Shown: positions 9,936-19,391, numbered from the stretch's first letter. The stretch is 64,000 bases of DNA from Thermoplasmata archaeon (GCA_035529455.1 DATKWQ010000040.1:34071-98070); one strand, 5' to 3'. The notes: generated from the letters alone by a model not told the origin. Made by a program: numbers and translations.

Positions 9936-12635
9936 ATGGAATGCTCTATACGTGCTGGCAGAGAACATCTTTTTGGGCGACGGTTTGTATTTGTGTCTTC
10001 TTTGATTGCCCTCACTATGGTCGTGGCGTCTTTCGCTGTGCCTGTGGGTAATATGACCGGCAGGGCGGTAGCCGACGACCCGATAATATACTCCATCGGG
10101 ACGACGCTGGTGCCCGACGATTTCAACCCGTTCGAGATGACGACCGGAATCTCGTACTCCGTGCTGTGGATGACGTACGAGTTCCTGATCACTCCAGGGC
10201 CGAAGCAGATGGAGCCCCATGAGCAGCTCGCGAGTTCCTGGGAGGCGACCGAAGGCAGCACAGTCTGGACTTACCATCTCGTGACGGATTCCGTGTTCCA
10301 TGATGGCCATCCTGTGACAGCGGACGATGTCGCCTTCACGTTCAACCTGATAATTGACAATGATGTCGAATGCGGCATGTTCGCGGCGTACGTCAAGAAC
10401 ATCACGAGCGTGACAGCACCAGACCTGTACACTGTGGTGATGGAGCTTGAGTCTCCTAGAGCGGACATGGAATGCCTTACCGTGCCGATTCTCCCTGAAC
10501 ATCTCTGGGGCCAGATAGATACAACGGATCTTGCGAATGTGGATATGTTCAACGAGGACGTGTTCCCCGACGGACCGATAGGCTCTGGTCCATTCAGGCT
10601 GGTAGAGTATCAGCGAACTGAAGGACTAGTCAGGATGACGGCATGGGACCAGTATCACTGGGGAAAGGTCAACATAGACGAGCTGAGGATGGTCATATAC
10701 ACCCAGCCCTCGGCGATGATAACAGCCCTGGAGACAGGGGCCATCGACCTTGCGATGGGAGTGCCTCCGACGTTCTGGGACTCCGTTATAAGTCTGGATA
10801 ACATAGATGGACAGGCCGCGCCCAGCCTAGACCTCACGGAGTTCGGATCCAACTGCGCTCCAAAGGAAATCAGGGAGAGCGTCAACGAACAGGGAAAGCC
10901 GAATTTCCCTCAGGCGAGTGACAACTACGAAACCTGCAACCGTGCGGTCCGACAGGCAATGGCGATTGCGATAAACGAGACGTACATCAACGAGCATATC
11001 ATGCTTAATCTGTCGACGGTCGGCAGCACGCTCATTCCTCCAGCAACGCCTTTCTGGCATTTGTATCTGGATGAGGACGAGAAGTGGTCTAACGATTTGG
11101 ACGAGGCGCGGCAGCTCCTCGAGGACGCAGGGTACAAGTACATCAGCGATGACGAAGTGCGGGAAAACGAAACCAGCGGCGAGCTTCTGGATTTCGACTT
11201 CTACTACATCAGCTCTACGGAGCAGGACACTAATGCCGCACACAAGATCTCGGACTGGTTGGCTGATATTGGCATTAAGGCAGAGCCACAAGGAGTCATG
11301 GAAGGGACTCTCTACACATACTGGTTCGGCATGGTCTACGATCTTTTCATCTGGAACTGGCAGCCAGATGTCGACCCAACGTTCTTGCTGTCCGTTCTGA
11401 CGACTGATGAGATACCTAAGGACTCGAAGGACAAGACTGCTTGGTCCGACTGCTACTACTCCAACCCAGTGTACGACCAGCTGTTCATCGATCAGCAGAA
11501 AGCGTTGAACATTACCCAGCGTCAGGAGATAGTACACGAGATGCAGAGAATTGTCTACTATGACTGCCCGTACGAGATGCTCTGGTACCCATCTGGACTG
11601 GACGCCTACAGGACCGACGAGTTCACGAACTTCCCGGATATGACGGCGAATGCAGGCATAAGCCCAGACACCTTCTGGTTCTACTACGAGATCTACAAGA
11701 TCGGCACGCCTGTAGCGCCGAGAAACGTCAACGCGGGCGAGGACACAACCTGCTTCTTGGGTGACGTGATGGCTTTCACCGGCGATGCGACGGATGTCAA
11801 CGACGCTTTCGACACGTTAGCGTGGGAGTGGGAGTTCGACGACGCAGGAGAGGTCATCCCGCTCGACGGTCAGACGGTCGTGTACACCTTCGACAACATC
11901 GGTACAGTGAACGTGACTCTCACCGTGACAGATCCTGGAGGCTTGAGCGGGACAGACACCATGACAGTTACGGTCGCGGAAGTTCCCGAAGATGCGGGAT
12001 GGATCAAGGGCTATGTGAACTCGAGCACTGGAAGCCCAGTTGTCGGCGCCAATGTCGTTGTCGGGACGGTGTCGCATCAGACGGATGCCACGGGGCTGTA
12101 CAGCTTTACGATATCCGAGGGTGTCTATACCGTCAACGTGACCAAATCTGGATTCACTGGCGACACCGAAAATGTGACGGTCGTAGCGGGAGCTATCTCG
12201 TGGCGGAACTTCACGCTTGCCGCTGTCGCTGGCAATGTGAAGGGCTATGTAATCGATCTTGAGACCGGACTGGGTATCGAGAATGCCATAGTGGAGATGA
12301 CTTATGGTGGTGAGGAAGAGAGCTATACTACCAATGCCACAGGATACTTCGAGTTCAACGTTGTTCCGGCTGGCACTTATAACATAACGGCAATGAAGTC
12401 GGGATACGACGAGAACAGCTCCAGCGTGACCGTTGTGGCTGGCGAGACCACGATGGCAGAGATCCAGCTCGAAGTCGCGAGTTCTGGTGGATTATCGACA
12501 GCGGCGATGGCGGTAATCGGCGCCCTCGTCGTCGTGATTGCAGCTGTCGCGGCGATATCTCTGCTCAAACGCAGGAAGGGCGAGATGCCTCCATCGTCTG
12601 ACGAAGAAGGCTTCGAACCGCCACCGCCAGAGTAG
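9936..12635 (+). CDS. Surface-anchored family-5 ABC substrate-binding protein fused to PKD-like and CarboxypepD_reg-like repeats, C-terminal TM and acidic Pro-rich tail
   Basis: ORF 9852..12635. The start at 9936 (MECSIRAGREHLFGRRFVFVSSLIALTMVVASFA) gives a normal signal peptide. The ATG at 9852, 23 bp downstream of an ATTTATGG TATA-like box, is an alternative leaderless start. The SBP_bac_5-like core is followed by a WEWEFDD..VNVTLTVTDPGGLSG PKD-like repeat and two Ig-like GYV..G.PV.GA.V carboxypeptidase-regulatory-like repeats. C-terminus is ALVVVIAAVAAISLLKRRKGEMPPSSDEEGFEPPPPE. Confidence 0.8.
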   Translation: MECSIRAGREHLFGRRFVFVSSLIALTMVVASFAVPVGNMTGRAVADDPIIYSIGTTLVPDDFNPFEMTTGISYSVLWMTYEFLITPGPKQMEPHEQLASSWEATEGSTVWTYHLVTDSVFHDGHPVTADDVAFTFNLIIDNDVECGMFAAYVKNITSVTAPDLYTVVMELESPRADMECLTVPILPEHLWGQIDTTDLANVDMFNEDVFPDGPIGSGPFRLVEYQRTEGLVRMTAWDQYHWGKVNIDELRMVIYTQPSAMITALETGAIDLAMGVPPTFWDSVISLDNIDGQAAPSLDLTEFGSNCAPKEIRESVNEQGKPNFPQASDNYETCNRAVRQAMAIAINETYINEHIMLNLSTVGSTLIPPATPFWHLYLDEDEKWSNDLDEARQLLEDAGYKYISDDEVRENETSGELLDFDFYYISSTEQDTNAAHKISDWLADIGIKAEPQGVMEGTLYTYWFGMVYDLFIWNWQPDVDPTFLLSVLTTDEIPKDSKDKTAWSDCYYSNPVYDQLFIDQQKALNITQRQEIVHEMQRIVYYDCPYEMLWYPSGLDAYRTDEFTNFPDMTANAGISPDTFWFYYEIYKIGTPVAPRNVNAGEDTTCFLGDVMAFTGDATDVNDAFDTLAWEWEFDDAGEVIPLDGQTVVYTFDNIGTVNVTLTVTDPGGLSGTDTMTVTVAEVPEDAGWIKGYVNSSTGSPVVGANVVVGTVSHQTDATGLYSFTISEGVYTVNVTKSGFTGDTENVTVVAGAISWRNFTLAAVAGNVKGYVIDLETGLGIENAIVEMTYGGEEESYTTNATGYFEFNVVPAGTYNITAMKSGYDENSSSVTVVAGETTMAEIQLEVASSGGLSTAAMAVIGALVVVIAAVAAISLLKRRKGEMPPSSDEEGFEPPPPE

Positions 12636-12759
12636 TCATTCGCCAGGTCTGGTAGAGCCTCAAACCCTTTACGCCTTTGCCATTTCACAGGCAGATGCAG
12701 CAGAGAGACCGAACCGGTCAATCAGGATGCCTAGATGGGAGGACAAGAGGTATTGAAGT

Positions 12760-13749
12760 ATGAACAAAGCCACGAAATTCATATTGAAATGCGCTGTAAA
12801 TTCCCTCATCACGGTCATTCTCGTGATCATGCTGAACTTCTTGTTGTTCCGCATGATGCCAGGTGACCCTATCAACTATATGATTTCGAATAATCCGAGG
12901 ATCGGGGACGAGTACAAGGAGAGGCTGATCGACGACTTCGACCTCGATGCTCCGATGTCTGTTCAGTTTGTAACTTACATCAAGAGTTGCCTGACTCTCA
13001 ATTTCGGCGATTCATTCATCGAACGTAATACGCCTGCGATGGATATCGTCATGGATTATATGAAATGGACTCTGATTCTCACTGGAACTTCCTCCGTGTT
13101 CATGATCGTGATAGGCATGGTGATAGGCATCCTCGGAGCTGCCAAGAGAGGAGGGAGGTTCGACACTTCCACGCTGACATTCTCTCTGGTCTTCTATGCG
13201 ATGCCGACGTTTTGGCTGGCAATGATACTCATCGCGTTTTTCGCGAAGTATTTCTCGTGGTTTCCGTCATCCCAGGCGATGACGACTGGCGTATCTTTGG
13301 ACTTCACGTGGCCAGCGATCTCAGACATGTTGTGGCACCTTGTGCTTCCAGCTGTGAGTTTGACACTGGTGAGCATCGCCGCTTTTGTGCTGATTATGCG
13401 TGGCGCGCTCACGGATGTCATGACCGAGGAATACATCACTACTGCGAGGGCAAAGGGTCTCTCGAAATCGAAGGTATTGAAGGATCACGCCGTTCCGAAC
13501 GCCATGCTGCCCATGGTTTCGCTCATCGCGATTAGCATAGCGTTCATCGTCGGCGGAGCCTTCCAGGCAGAGTGGGTATTCAGTTATCCAGGAATCGGCT
13601 GGAGGACGATAACCGCTACCTACGACATGGATTATCCCGTACTCCAGGCGGCGTTCTTCTTGATAACATTGGCGGTTATAGTGGCGAACTTCATCGCCGA
13701 CATACTCCTGATGTACATGGATCCGAGGATCAAGATGGAGGCCAGCTGA
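12760..13749 (+). CDS. Peptide/nickel ABC transporter permease (DppB/OppB-like)
   Basis: 329 aa. The N-terminus ILKCAVNSLITVILVIMLNFLLFRMMPGDP is typical of OppB-like permeases. Six TM segments. Confidence 0.85.
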   Translation: MNKATKFILKCAVNSLITVILVIMLNFLLFRMMPGDPINYMISNNPRIGDEYKERLIDDFDLDAPMSVQFVTYIKSCLTLNFGDSFIERNTPAMDIVMDYMKWTLILTGTSSVFMIVIGMVIGILGAAKRGGRFDTSTLTFSLVFYAMPTFWLAMILIAFFAKYFSWFPSSQAMTTGVSLDFTWPAISDMLWHLVLPAVSLTLVSIAAFVLIMRGALTDVMTEEYITTARAKGLSKSKVLKDHAVPNAMLPMVSLIAISIAFIVGGAFQAEWVFSYPGIGWRTITATYDMDYPVLQAAFFLITLAVIVANFIADILLMYMDPRIKMEAS

Positions 13750-14735
13750 TGTCTGCTGTCGAACAACAGGTCAGCAAGAGTCCTTCTGGGAATTGGATGG
13801 GCCTCTCAGAGACGCACATTGAGAAGCTCAGGATACTGAAGAAACGTACCAAGCAGACCTGGGCCATATACTCCAAGAACAGGTTCGGCATGGCGGGCCT
13901 GTACATACTCGTGGGATTCGTTTTAATGGCAGTCTTCGCTGACCAGATAGTGTACATCCTCCACCTCATAGGAGGTTGGGACTTTGCATATGGCCCTTTC
14001 GATGAGGTGGAGTATGTGGGATCACCGACTCCCGCCTCCCCTGAACATTGGATGGGGACGGATCAGTGGGGATTCGATCTGCTGGTCAGGACCATCCACG
14101 GCGCGCGCGTATCTCTCATAATCGGTTTCGTCGCGACGCTCGTATCCATGTTGCTCGGAGCCGGAGTTGGGATACTGAGCGGCTTCTGGGGAGGATGGAA
14201 GGACGCCGTTCTCATGAGGATAACCGACGTCTTCCTCGTCATCCCATGGCTCGTCCTGATGATAGTGCTCGCGGTTGTGCTTCCAGGAGGCCCTAGTGTT
14301 TGGAAGATTGTGTTCGTCATTGGCATAACGGGCTGGTCGAGCACCGCGAGGATTGTGAGGGCCCAGGTCTTCTCCGTGAAGGAGCGGGCGTTCGTGGAGC
14401 GAGCGCGGGCGATTGGTGCAGGTGATATGCACATCGTGATGAAGCATGTGTTCCCGAACGTGTTTCCACTGGTATTCGCCAACGCGATTCTCACTGTTGC
14501 GCTGTCGATCCTGTCTGAGAGCACTCTGAGCTTCATCGGCCTTGGGCCGGAACCGGTCAACGTGGTCACATGGGGCAACATGCTCGATGATGCCATCAGC
14601 GCAGGCGCAATGATTAACGGAAACTATTTGTGGATCGTGATGCCTGGAGCGTGCATCGTGCTTGTGGTGCTGGGCTTCACGTTCATGGGACATGCCCTCG
14701 ACGACATATTCAATCCGAAGCTGAGGAAGCGGTGA
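13749..14735 (+). CDS. Peptide/nickel ABC transporter permease (DppC/OppC-like)
   Basis: ORF 13572..14735. The likely start is the ATG at 13749, overlapping the upstream stop (TGATG), giving MSAVEQQ... The C-terminal 230 aa align almost colinearly with the OppC-like protein at 354..1301 (GITGWSSTARIVRAQVFSVKERAFVERARAIGAGD). Confidence 0.85.
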   Translation: MSAVEQQVSKSPSGNWMGLSETHIEKLRILKKRTKQTWAIYSKNRFGMAGLYILVGFVLMAVFADQIVYILHLIGGWDFAYGPFDEVEYVGSPTPASPEHWMGTDQWGFDLLVRTIHGARVSLIIGFVATLVSMLLGAGVGILSGFWGGWKDAVLMRITDVFLVIPWLVLMIVLAVVLPGGPSVWKIVFVIGITGWSSTARIVRAQVFSVKERAFVERARAIGAGDMHIVMKHVFPNVFPLVFANAILTVALSILSESTLSFIGLGPEPVNVVTWGNMLDDAISAGAMINGNYLWIVMPGACIVLVVLGFTFMGHALDDIFNPKLRKR

Positions 14736-14950
14736 ACTCTGAAAGTCTTCACGAGCGACTTCTCTTTGGCTCTCTCGAAGCTCCCTGTCTGCAAATCCAG
14801 AGGCGAATCACTATTATACGGTGTTCCTGATTGGCGAGTTCGACGCCCTCTCCTTGCTTTGGGGATGTCCGTTCTGTCAGTCAAATCCATGACATAGACT
14901 GTAATCCTGTCCTTCGTTTGTTATCCGAAAGTCATCTCTCCCTTTGACGC

Positions 14951-14960
14951 GTGTATATGA
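14951..14960 (+). promoter_or_regulatory. Candidate TATA-like element (GTGTATATGA) with a Shine-Dalgarno-like AGGAGGGA at 15001..15008, upstream of the secreted-protein gene
   Basis: A/T-rich box about 60 bp upstream of the ATG at 15013. AGGAGGGA lies 5 nt before the ATG. Confidence 0.3.
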
Positions 14961-15012
14961 CTCCGGCTGCCATTCTCAAGATACCTCGGATCGTTCGAGA
15001 AGGAGGGAGTGA

Positions 15013-15675
15013 ATGGGGAAGATAGCATTAGGATTACTGAGCGCGGTTATAGCAGGACTGTTGATGGTTCCGAGCAGTGTATCTGCAAAGACACTGTCAA
15101 TCGAAGTGGAGGACAGAATCGGAGACGTCGCACCGCTCTACACCGCTGATACCTATGATTACGTGGCGCTGTACGGAGACCACTCGCCAATTGTTAAAGC
15201 TGGATACTTCGACATGAAGTGGTTCCTGTTCAGTCAGAAGGGGAGCACCTACACGTTCGGAATGGAGATGGTGGGTGACCTCCCACAGGAAGGCGATCCC
15301 CTGCCTCAAGGCGTGGAACTCCTTCAATATACTCTGTGGCTTGACCAAGAAGCATGGGACTGGCTTCCGTATTCCGGAGTCTCATACTTCATAATCGTGC
15401 TTCAATACGATGGATTGAGCTACTACGCCGCTTTGTATGAGTATGTTTCGGGAGACGAAGTGATGGAACTGCCATTCACCGTTAGTGGACCGAGATTTGA
15501 GGTGAGATTCTCAGCGGATTCAATCGCCAACATACCAGCGTTCTGGCTGTATCCGTCTGTGATCGTGTGCTTTGGCAACTGTCCTCTTGAGTCATTTGTG
15601 GACCTGGTTGATTACACCGCTGACGCTCCGGGACAGGTCTACACTAGCATCCAATGGCCATCGCCAGAGTCCTGA
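15013..15675 (+). CDS. Secreted hypothetical protein (signal peptide)
   Basis: 220 aa. MGKIALGLLSAVIAGLLMVPSSVSAKT is a signal peptide. No recognisable catalytic motifs. Confidence 0.5.
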   Translation: MGKIALGLLSAVIAGLLMVPSSVSAKTLSIEVEDRIGDVAPLYTADTYDYVALYGDHSPIVKAGYFDMKWFLFSQKGSTYTFGMEMVGDLPQEGDPLPQGVELLQYTLWLDQEAWDWLPYSGVSYFIIVLQYDGLSYYAALYEYVSGDEVMELPFTVSGPRFEVRFSADSIANIPAFWLYPSVIVCFGNCPLESFVDLVDYTADAPGQVYTSIQWPSPES

Positions 15676-15717
15676 CCAACGCAGCCACTGTCTGCGAACT
15701 CAAACCCCTTTCCTTTC

Positions 15718-15738
15718 CCGCCCCTATGGCCTTTTCTC
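15718..15738 (+). repeat. Copy 1 of the 21-bp direct repeat CCGCCCCTATGGCCTTTTCTC, preceded by AAACCCCTTTCCTTTC
   Basis: Exact 21-mer. First of 9 copies spread over 15718..21236. Confidence 0.8.
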
Positions 15739-16050
15739 CGGAGAAGACCACGAGTTCTCCTTAGGTTGGTGTTCTCGCCGTCTCAATAGGAGATATAACA
15801 ATACCAGCCCCCCAACAACAGGTCCTGTGCCCAAGGCAAGTTCCAGGTATGTCAGTTCCAAAGGAGTACCTCGCGCCAGCCATGTCATCCAGATCAGGAG
15901 ACCTATCACCACTGAGACTGTCGCAACGACCGCATATATGTCTCGTTCTTGCTGTCCGCCTGTTTTGCAGTATGGACAATACGGCCTATCAAGAGAGATG
16001 TCATTAGAGGGTCTCTTGCACACAGGACATATCACTCCGACTCTGGGCAT
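15724..16050 (-). CDS. Zinc-ribbon (CPVC...CPYC) membrane protein, hypothetical
   Basis: 108 aa. N-terminal CxxC-x16-CxxC, then two TM helices. Its stop codon lies inside repeat copy 1. Confidence 0.4.
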   Translation of the reverse strand: MPRVGVICPVCKRPSNDISLDRPYCPYCKTGGQQERDIYAVVATVSVVIGLLIWMTWLARGTPLELTYLELALGTGPVVGGLVLLYLLLRRREHQPKENSWSSPEKRP

Positions 16051-16112
16051 TTTCGCTCATCTCAGCAGACAAGATAGCGCTTGCTCAACCTTATCGTTTC
16101 TTCGCTGGAATT

Positions 16113-16214
16113 CCGCCCCTATGGCCTTTTCTCAAAAGAATGGACGTGCGGCCGCCGGGCCGCGCACCCTGAGATAGTCAGTCTCCCTTTTTCTGATTTC
16201 AATCAGCGGGGAAT
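16113..16214 (+). repeat. Extended repeat unit A (about 102 bp): the 21-bp repeat plus a conserved extension containing GTGCGGCCGCCGGG
   Basis: Aligns over about 100 bp with units at 18079..18180 and 20845..20937 at roughly 85-90% identity. Contains a 14-nt identity to the 3' acceptor/T-stem end of the tRNA-Gly gene at 21278..21353, and a CTCCCTTTTTCTGATTTCAATCA segment. Confidence 0.8.
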
Positions 16215-16285
16215 CGGCCTAGCCTTGTCCCAAGCCTTATATCTTCATAGATGCTCGAAGAAGCCGGTGTTGCGAGGCGAATCCT

Positions 16286-17284
16286 ATGATGATCGAAGTC
16301 AGCGGAGCACCGGAGATTGATGGCCTTGTATTCAGGCGATTCGAAGACAAATCAGATTATTCGGTGATGTCGTCTGTGGGAAGAAGGAGCTGGGAAGCTG
16401 ATGGAGTCGAGAACATCGAAACCGAGGAGGAGCTGGCAAGTGAATACGATAATCTTCTAAATCGGAATCCGTCATCGGAGGTGATAATCGCCGAAGTCAA
16501 TGGAGATCCCGTGGCGTATGGACGAATTTGGCCCGAACTGGACAGAAACGGCGAGCGAGAGTTCTGGCACATTGCTCATGTCTTGCCTGAATGGCGCAAG
16601 ACGGCATTGCGCCTGACAATTTTTCGATTCAACGAGGCACAGATCCGGTTCATATCGAAGAACCAACCCTGGCCTGGGAAGACCTCTCTTGGGGCATGGG
16701 CTTTGGACGAACCGAATGATTGGAGGGAGATGGTCCTCTCAGAAGGATATTCAACCGTAATGCAATTCTATGAGATGATTCGGCCGAATATCGAGAACAT
16801 ACCGGACAATCCCCTTCCCGAAGGGCTTGGGCTGCGAGCAGCCAAACCTGAACACTACTCAGAGATATGGAATGCGCGGAAAGAAGCCTTGCGAGAGAAG
16901 CCCTGGTTCGTTGAAAGCCGATATGACAGAGAACACTACGAGCTTTGGCTGAACGAACCAACTTTCATGCCTGATCTCTGGCAAGTCGCATGGGACGGCG
17001 ACCGCGTAGTGGGCATGATTGAAAACCATGAACCACTTGAAAACGAAGCTTACGACCGAAAGAGAGGTCATACTCAGATGATATTTGTGTTGCCCGAATG
17101 GCGAAGGCGAGGATTGGCGAAAGCCTTGCTCGCAAAGAGCCTTGTATTGATGCGAGAGAGGGGATTGGAGGAAGCGACTCTGGATGTTGAAACGCGGAAC
17201 ACTTCAGGCGAAATACAGCTCTACGAAGGAATAGGCTATAGGGTCGCTAGGAAGTACGCGCACTACAAGAAAACCATAGAATAG
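16286..17284 (+). CDS. GNAT-family N-acetyltransferase (tandem GNAT-like halves)
   Basis: 332 aa. Two acetyltransferase-like halves; the second carries the R/Q-x-x-G-x-A CoA-binding signature (WRRRGLAKALL). Confidence 0.6.
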   Translation: MMIEVSGAPEIDGLVFRRFEDKSDYSVMSSVGRRSWEADGVENIETEEELASEYDNLLNRNPSSEVIIAEVNGDPVAYGRIWPELDRNGEREFWHIAHVLPEWRKTALRLTIFRFNEAQIRFISKNQPWPGKTSLGAWALDEPNDWREMVLSEGYSTVMQFYEMIRPNIENIPDNPLPEGLGLRAAKPEHYSEIWNARKEALREKPWFVESRYDREHYELWLNEPTFMPDLWQVAWDGDRVVGMIENHEPLENEAYDRKRGHTQMIFVLPEWRRRGLAKALLAKSLVLMRERGLEEATLDVETRNTSGEIQLYEGIGYRVARKYAHYKKTIE

Positions 17285-17318
17285 AGTCGAGACATAGCCA
17301 AGCCCCCTTCTCTTCCTT

Positions 17319-17339
17319 CCGCCCCTATGACCTTTTCTC
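17319..17339 (+). repeat. Copy 3 of the direct repeat (CCGCCCCTATGACCTTTTCTC, 1 mismatch)
   Basis: Lies between the GNAT gene stop (17284) and the stop of the minus-strand gene (17354). Confidence 0.8.
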
Positions 17340-17353
17340 AGGTGGGGAGTGCC

Positions 17354-17992
17354 CTATCGCGTTTCAGAAAATGTCAGCGCGATGCCCAAGACCGATGCCA
17401 ACAGCTCCAGGCACTTGATGGTATGAACATCCAGAAACTTGCCGTCGGTTGTGCCTGAGAGTTCTATCCATCCAAGAAGCGCGCCACCCTTGCCGAGAAT
17501 TCTCACATCGATATAGTCACCCTCTATCGTTCCGTCCAGAGATTTGCGCGAAGACTGCAACATCAACTCCCTGTTGAATGTGCTCTCCTCGTCTTTGCCG
17601 TAGGGATTGTCCTCGACGAGAAACAACCTTGTTAGGCTACTTATCTGTGCGAACGTGTACCGTTCTGGATCTTCACACTGTTCAAGAGTATAGGCGAGTT
17701 GTTTGTGAGCTTCCCATGAAACGTCAGTCAAGCCGGCCATGACCTCATATCTGTACAGCCCGTCAGATCGGCTCCTCAAACCCAGGGTGACCTCCTTGAC
17801 CCAAAAACTGTCTCGGATCACATCGACAGCACTCTGGAGGAACTCAGACATGCTCAATTGCTGGTCTGCAAGAGCGGCAATCAATGAACGCACACAATCG
17901 AGGCGCTCGTTCGCTGGATTGGCGCTATCATACTGATAGTTCAGGCTCATCCTTTTCTTAATCAGCTCAGGATCTATTACCTGGTCTTGCAT
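17354..17992 (-). CDS. Hypothetical protein (possible small ligand-binding/GAF-like fold; uncertain)
   Basis: 212 aa, soluble, no recognised motif. Flanked on both sides by repeat copies. Confidence 0.35.
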   Translation of the reverse strand: MQDQVIDPELIKKRMSLNYQYDSANPANERLDCVRSLIAALADQQLSMSEFLQSAVDVIRDSFWVKEVTLGLRSRSDGLYRYEVMAGLTDVSWEAHKQLAYTLEQCEDPERYTFAQISSLTRLFLVEDNPYGKDEESTFNRELMLQSSRKSLDGTIEGDYIDVRILGKGGALLGWIELSGTTDGKFLDVHTIKCLELLASVLGIALTFSETR

Positions 17993-18078
17993 AGCTAGCC
18001 CAACTCGGCGAAGCGCCTATGTCATTCTTCGCGATGAAGGAGAAATGGACTTCCAATAGATTGTTCTTTCTCTTCCCT

Positions 18079-18180
18079 CCGCCCCTATGGCCTTTTCTCA
18101 AAAGAATGGACGTGCGGCCGCCGGGCCGCGAACCCTGCGACAGCCAGTCTCCCTTTTTCTGATTTCAATCAGCGGGGAAT
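18079..18180 (+). repeat. Extended repeat unit B (about 102 bp), followed by tail element TGACCGGAGCCAAACCCCTTTCC
   Basis: Same architecture as unit A. Contains GTGCGGCCGCCGGG. Confidence 0.8.
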
Positions 18181-18520
18181 TGACCGGAGCCAAACCCCTT
18201 TCCTTTTCGGGTGGGCGATTATCAATCGTGGTATGACCAGATTAGGTCGCTTATGAGCATCGTTGTGCCACGTAGTTCAAGTTGCTGGGGAGAAGGAAAA
18301 GGGGGTTGGATGCGGACCCCAGCGACCTTTGCCAACATTTGATAGCCGTACCACAAAGGACTGTACCCCTCACACCCTAGTGATGGGCAGAGGGGCACAA
18401 AGGCATCCAGCGAGACTGTCGGAAATACAGATGCCCTCGATGGTGAAACACCAAGGAAGTTGGAACATGAAGAAGGAATTCGAGAGTGAATTGGCGAAAG
18501 AGGTCCCCGAGCCGAAGAGA

Positions 18521-18829
18521 ATGAGTAGGGCTTGGTTTCCCTTGGCGCTTTGCGCTGCCCTGGTGGTCAGCGGGGCGTTTGCCGTGACAGGCGCATTGGC
18601 CGACCCAAACGGAAACCAGACAGGCGACCAAGATGGTGAGCCTGACAAGGATCAACTCCAGCTCCAGGACGGTTCGTGCGGCGACGATTGTGACGGAATC
18701 TGTGACAACGACGCAGAGACGCTCGAGACTGTTCTCGGTGAGTGTGAAGACCCTGAGTTCGATTACGGAGAACCAGGGCCTCATACTTCTCAGGTCTACC
18801 AGGTAGGACCTTACGCCAACGCTCCCTGA
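18521..18829 (+). CDS. Small secreted acidic cysteine-rich protein, hypothetical
   Basis: ORF 18263..18829. Likely start is the Met at 18521, giving the signal peptide MSRAWFPLALCAALVVSGAFAVTGALA. The mature part is D/E-rich with a CGDDCDGICDND...GEC motif. Confidence 0.4.
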   Translation: MSRAWFPLALCAALVVSGAFAVTGALADPNGNQTGDQDGEPDKDQLQLQDGSCGDDCDGICDNDAETLETVLGECEDPEFDYGEPGPHTSQVYQVGPYANAP

Positions 18830-18871
18830 ACTTTGGCGACCGAAACCCTTTGTTCTTACAGGAGGGGTTAA

Positions 18872-19159
18872 TTGCCCCTCATCAAACCATTTCGTCTTTT
18901 CGCATTAACGATTCACCTCTGGGTGATGGGTGGTGGAGTCCCTTACGAACATTTATCGTCTTCGAGAAAGGTCTCTTGTCCAATGGGATTCACAGGACTG
19001 CCGCCGCCGCTCACCAATCAAAGGAATAGAAGAACTGACGCTCCTCTGACAAGCGTAGAAGTGGTGTGGTCTGTCAGATTGAAGCGCGTAGCCGCTGTGA
19101 TAGTCCTAATCATCGTTCTGTTCACTTTGCTGCGCCTCCTCTTTGACGCAATTCTTTGA
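18872..19159 (+). CDS. Small hypothetical membrane protein
   Basis: 95 aa with N- and C-terminal hydrophobic segments. Weak support (ORF only). Confidence 0.2.
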   Translation: MPLIKPFRLFALTIHLWVMGGGVPYEHLSSSRKVSCPMGFTGLPPPLTNQRNRRTDAPLTSVEVVWSVRLKRVAAVIVLIIVLFTLLRLLFDAIL

Positions 19160-19269
19160 GATTCCTCCCAGAGACAGAGGATCGGAAACCAAGGCTCTCT
19201 CGGGAAGAGAATGCGTTTTATCGCGCCTTTGGGAGGCAACCGGAAACCAGAGCTAAATCCCTTTCTTCT

Positions 19270-19289
19270 CCGCCCCATGGCCTTTTCTC
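19270..19289 (+). repeat. Copy 5 of the direct repeat (CCGCCCCATGGCCTTTTCTC, 1-nt deletion), fused directly to the tail element GGGGAATTGACCGGAGCTAACCCTTTC
   Basis: Reads like unit B with the roughly 80-bp middle deleted. Confidence 0.75.
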
Positions 19290-19391
19290 AGGGGAATTGA
19301 CCGGAGCTAACCCTTTCATTCTTTATGATGTTGAACGATCTGACAAACGCGCACTAGTCCTCTAAATACCGCGCGCAGAATTGAAGATGAT

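Noticed and set aside
12640-12760. AAACCCTTTACGCCTTTGCC downstream of the SBP gene resembles the island tail element AAACCCCTTTCC
   Set aside because: Similarity is limited to a short C/T-rich stretch that is expected for archaeal oligo-T terminators. Not counted as a repeat copy.
14022-14693. 223-aa minus-strand ORF antisense to the OppC-like permease gene
   Set aside because: His/Arg/Asp-rich with no membrane segments. The permease on the plus strand is strongly supported by paralogy with 354..1301.
15718-15745. The repeat on the minus strand encodes ...EKRP-stop at the end of gene 15724..16050, suggesting a repeated protein C-terminus
   Set aside because: Other copies in the same frame lack upstream start codons and hit stop codons within about 25 codons. 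The coding overlap is coincidental.
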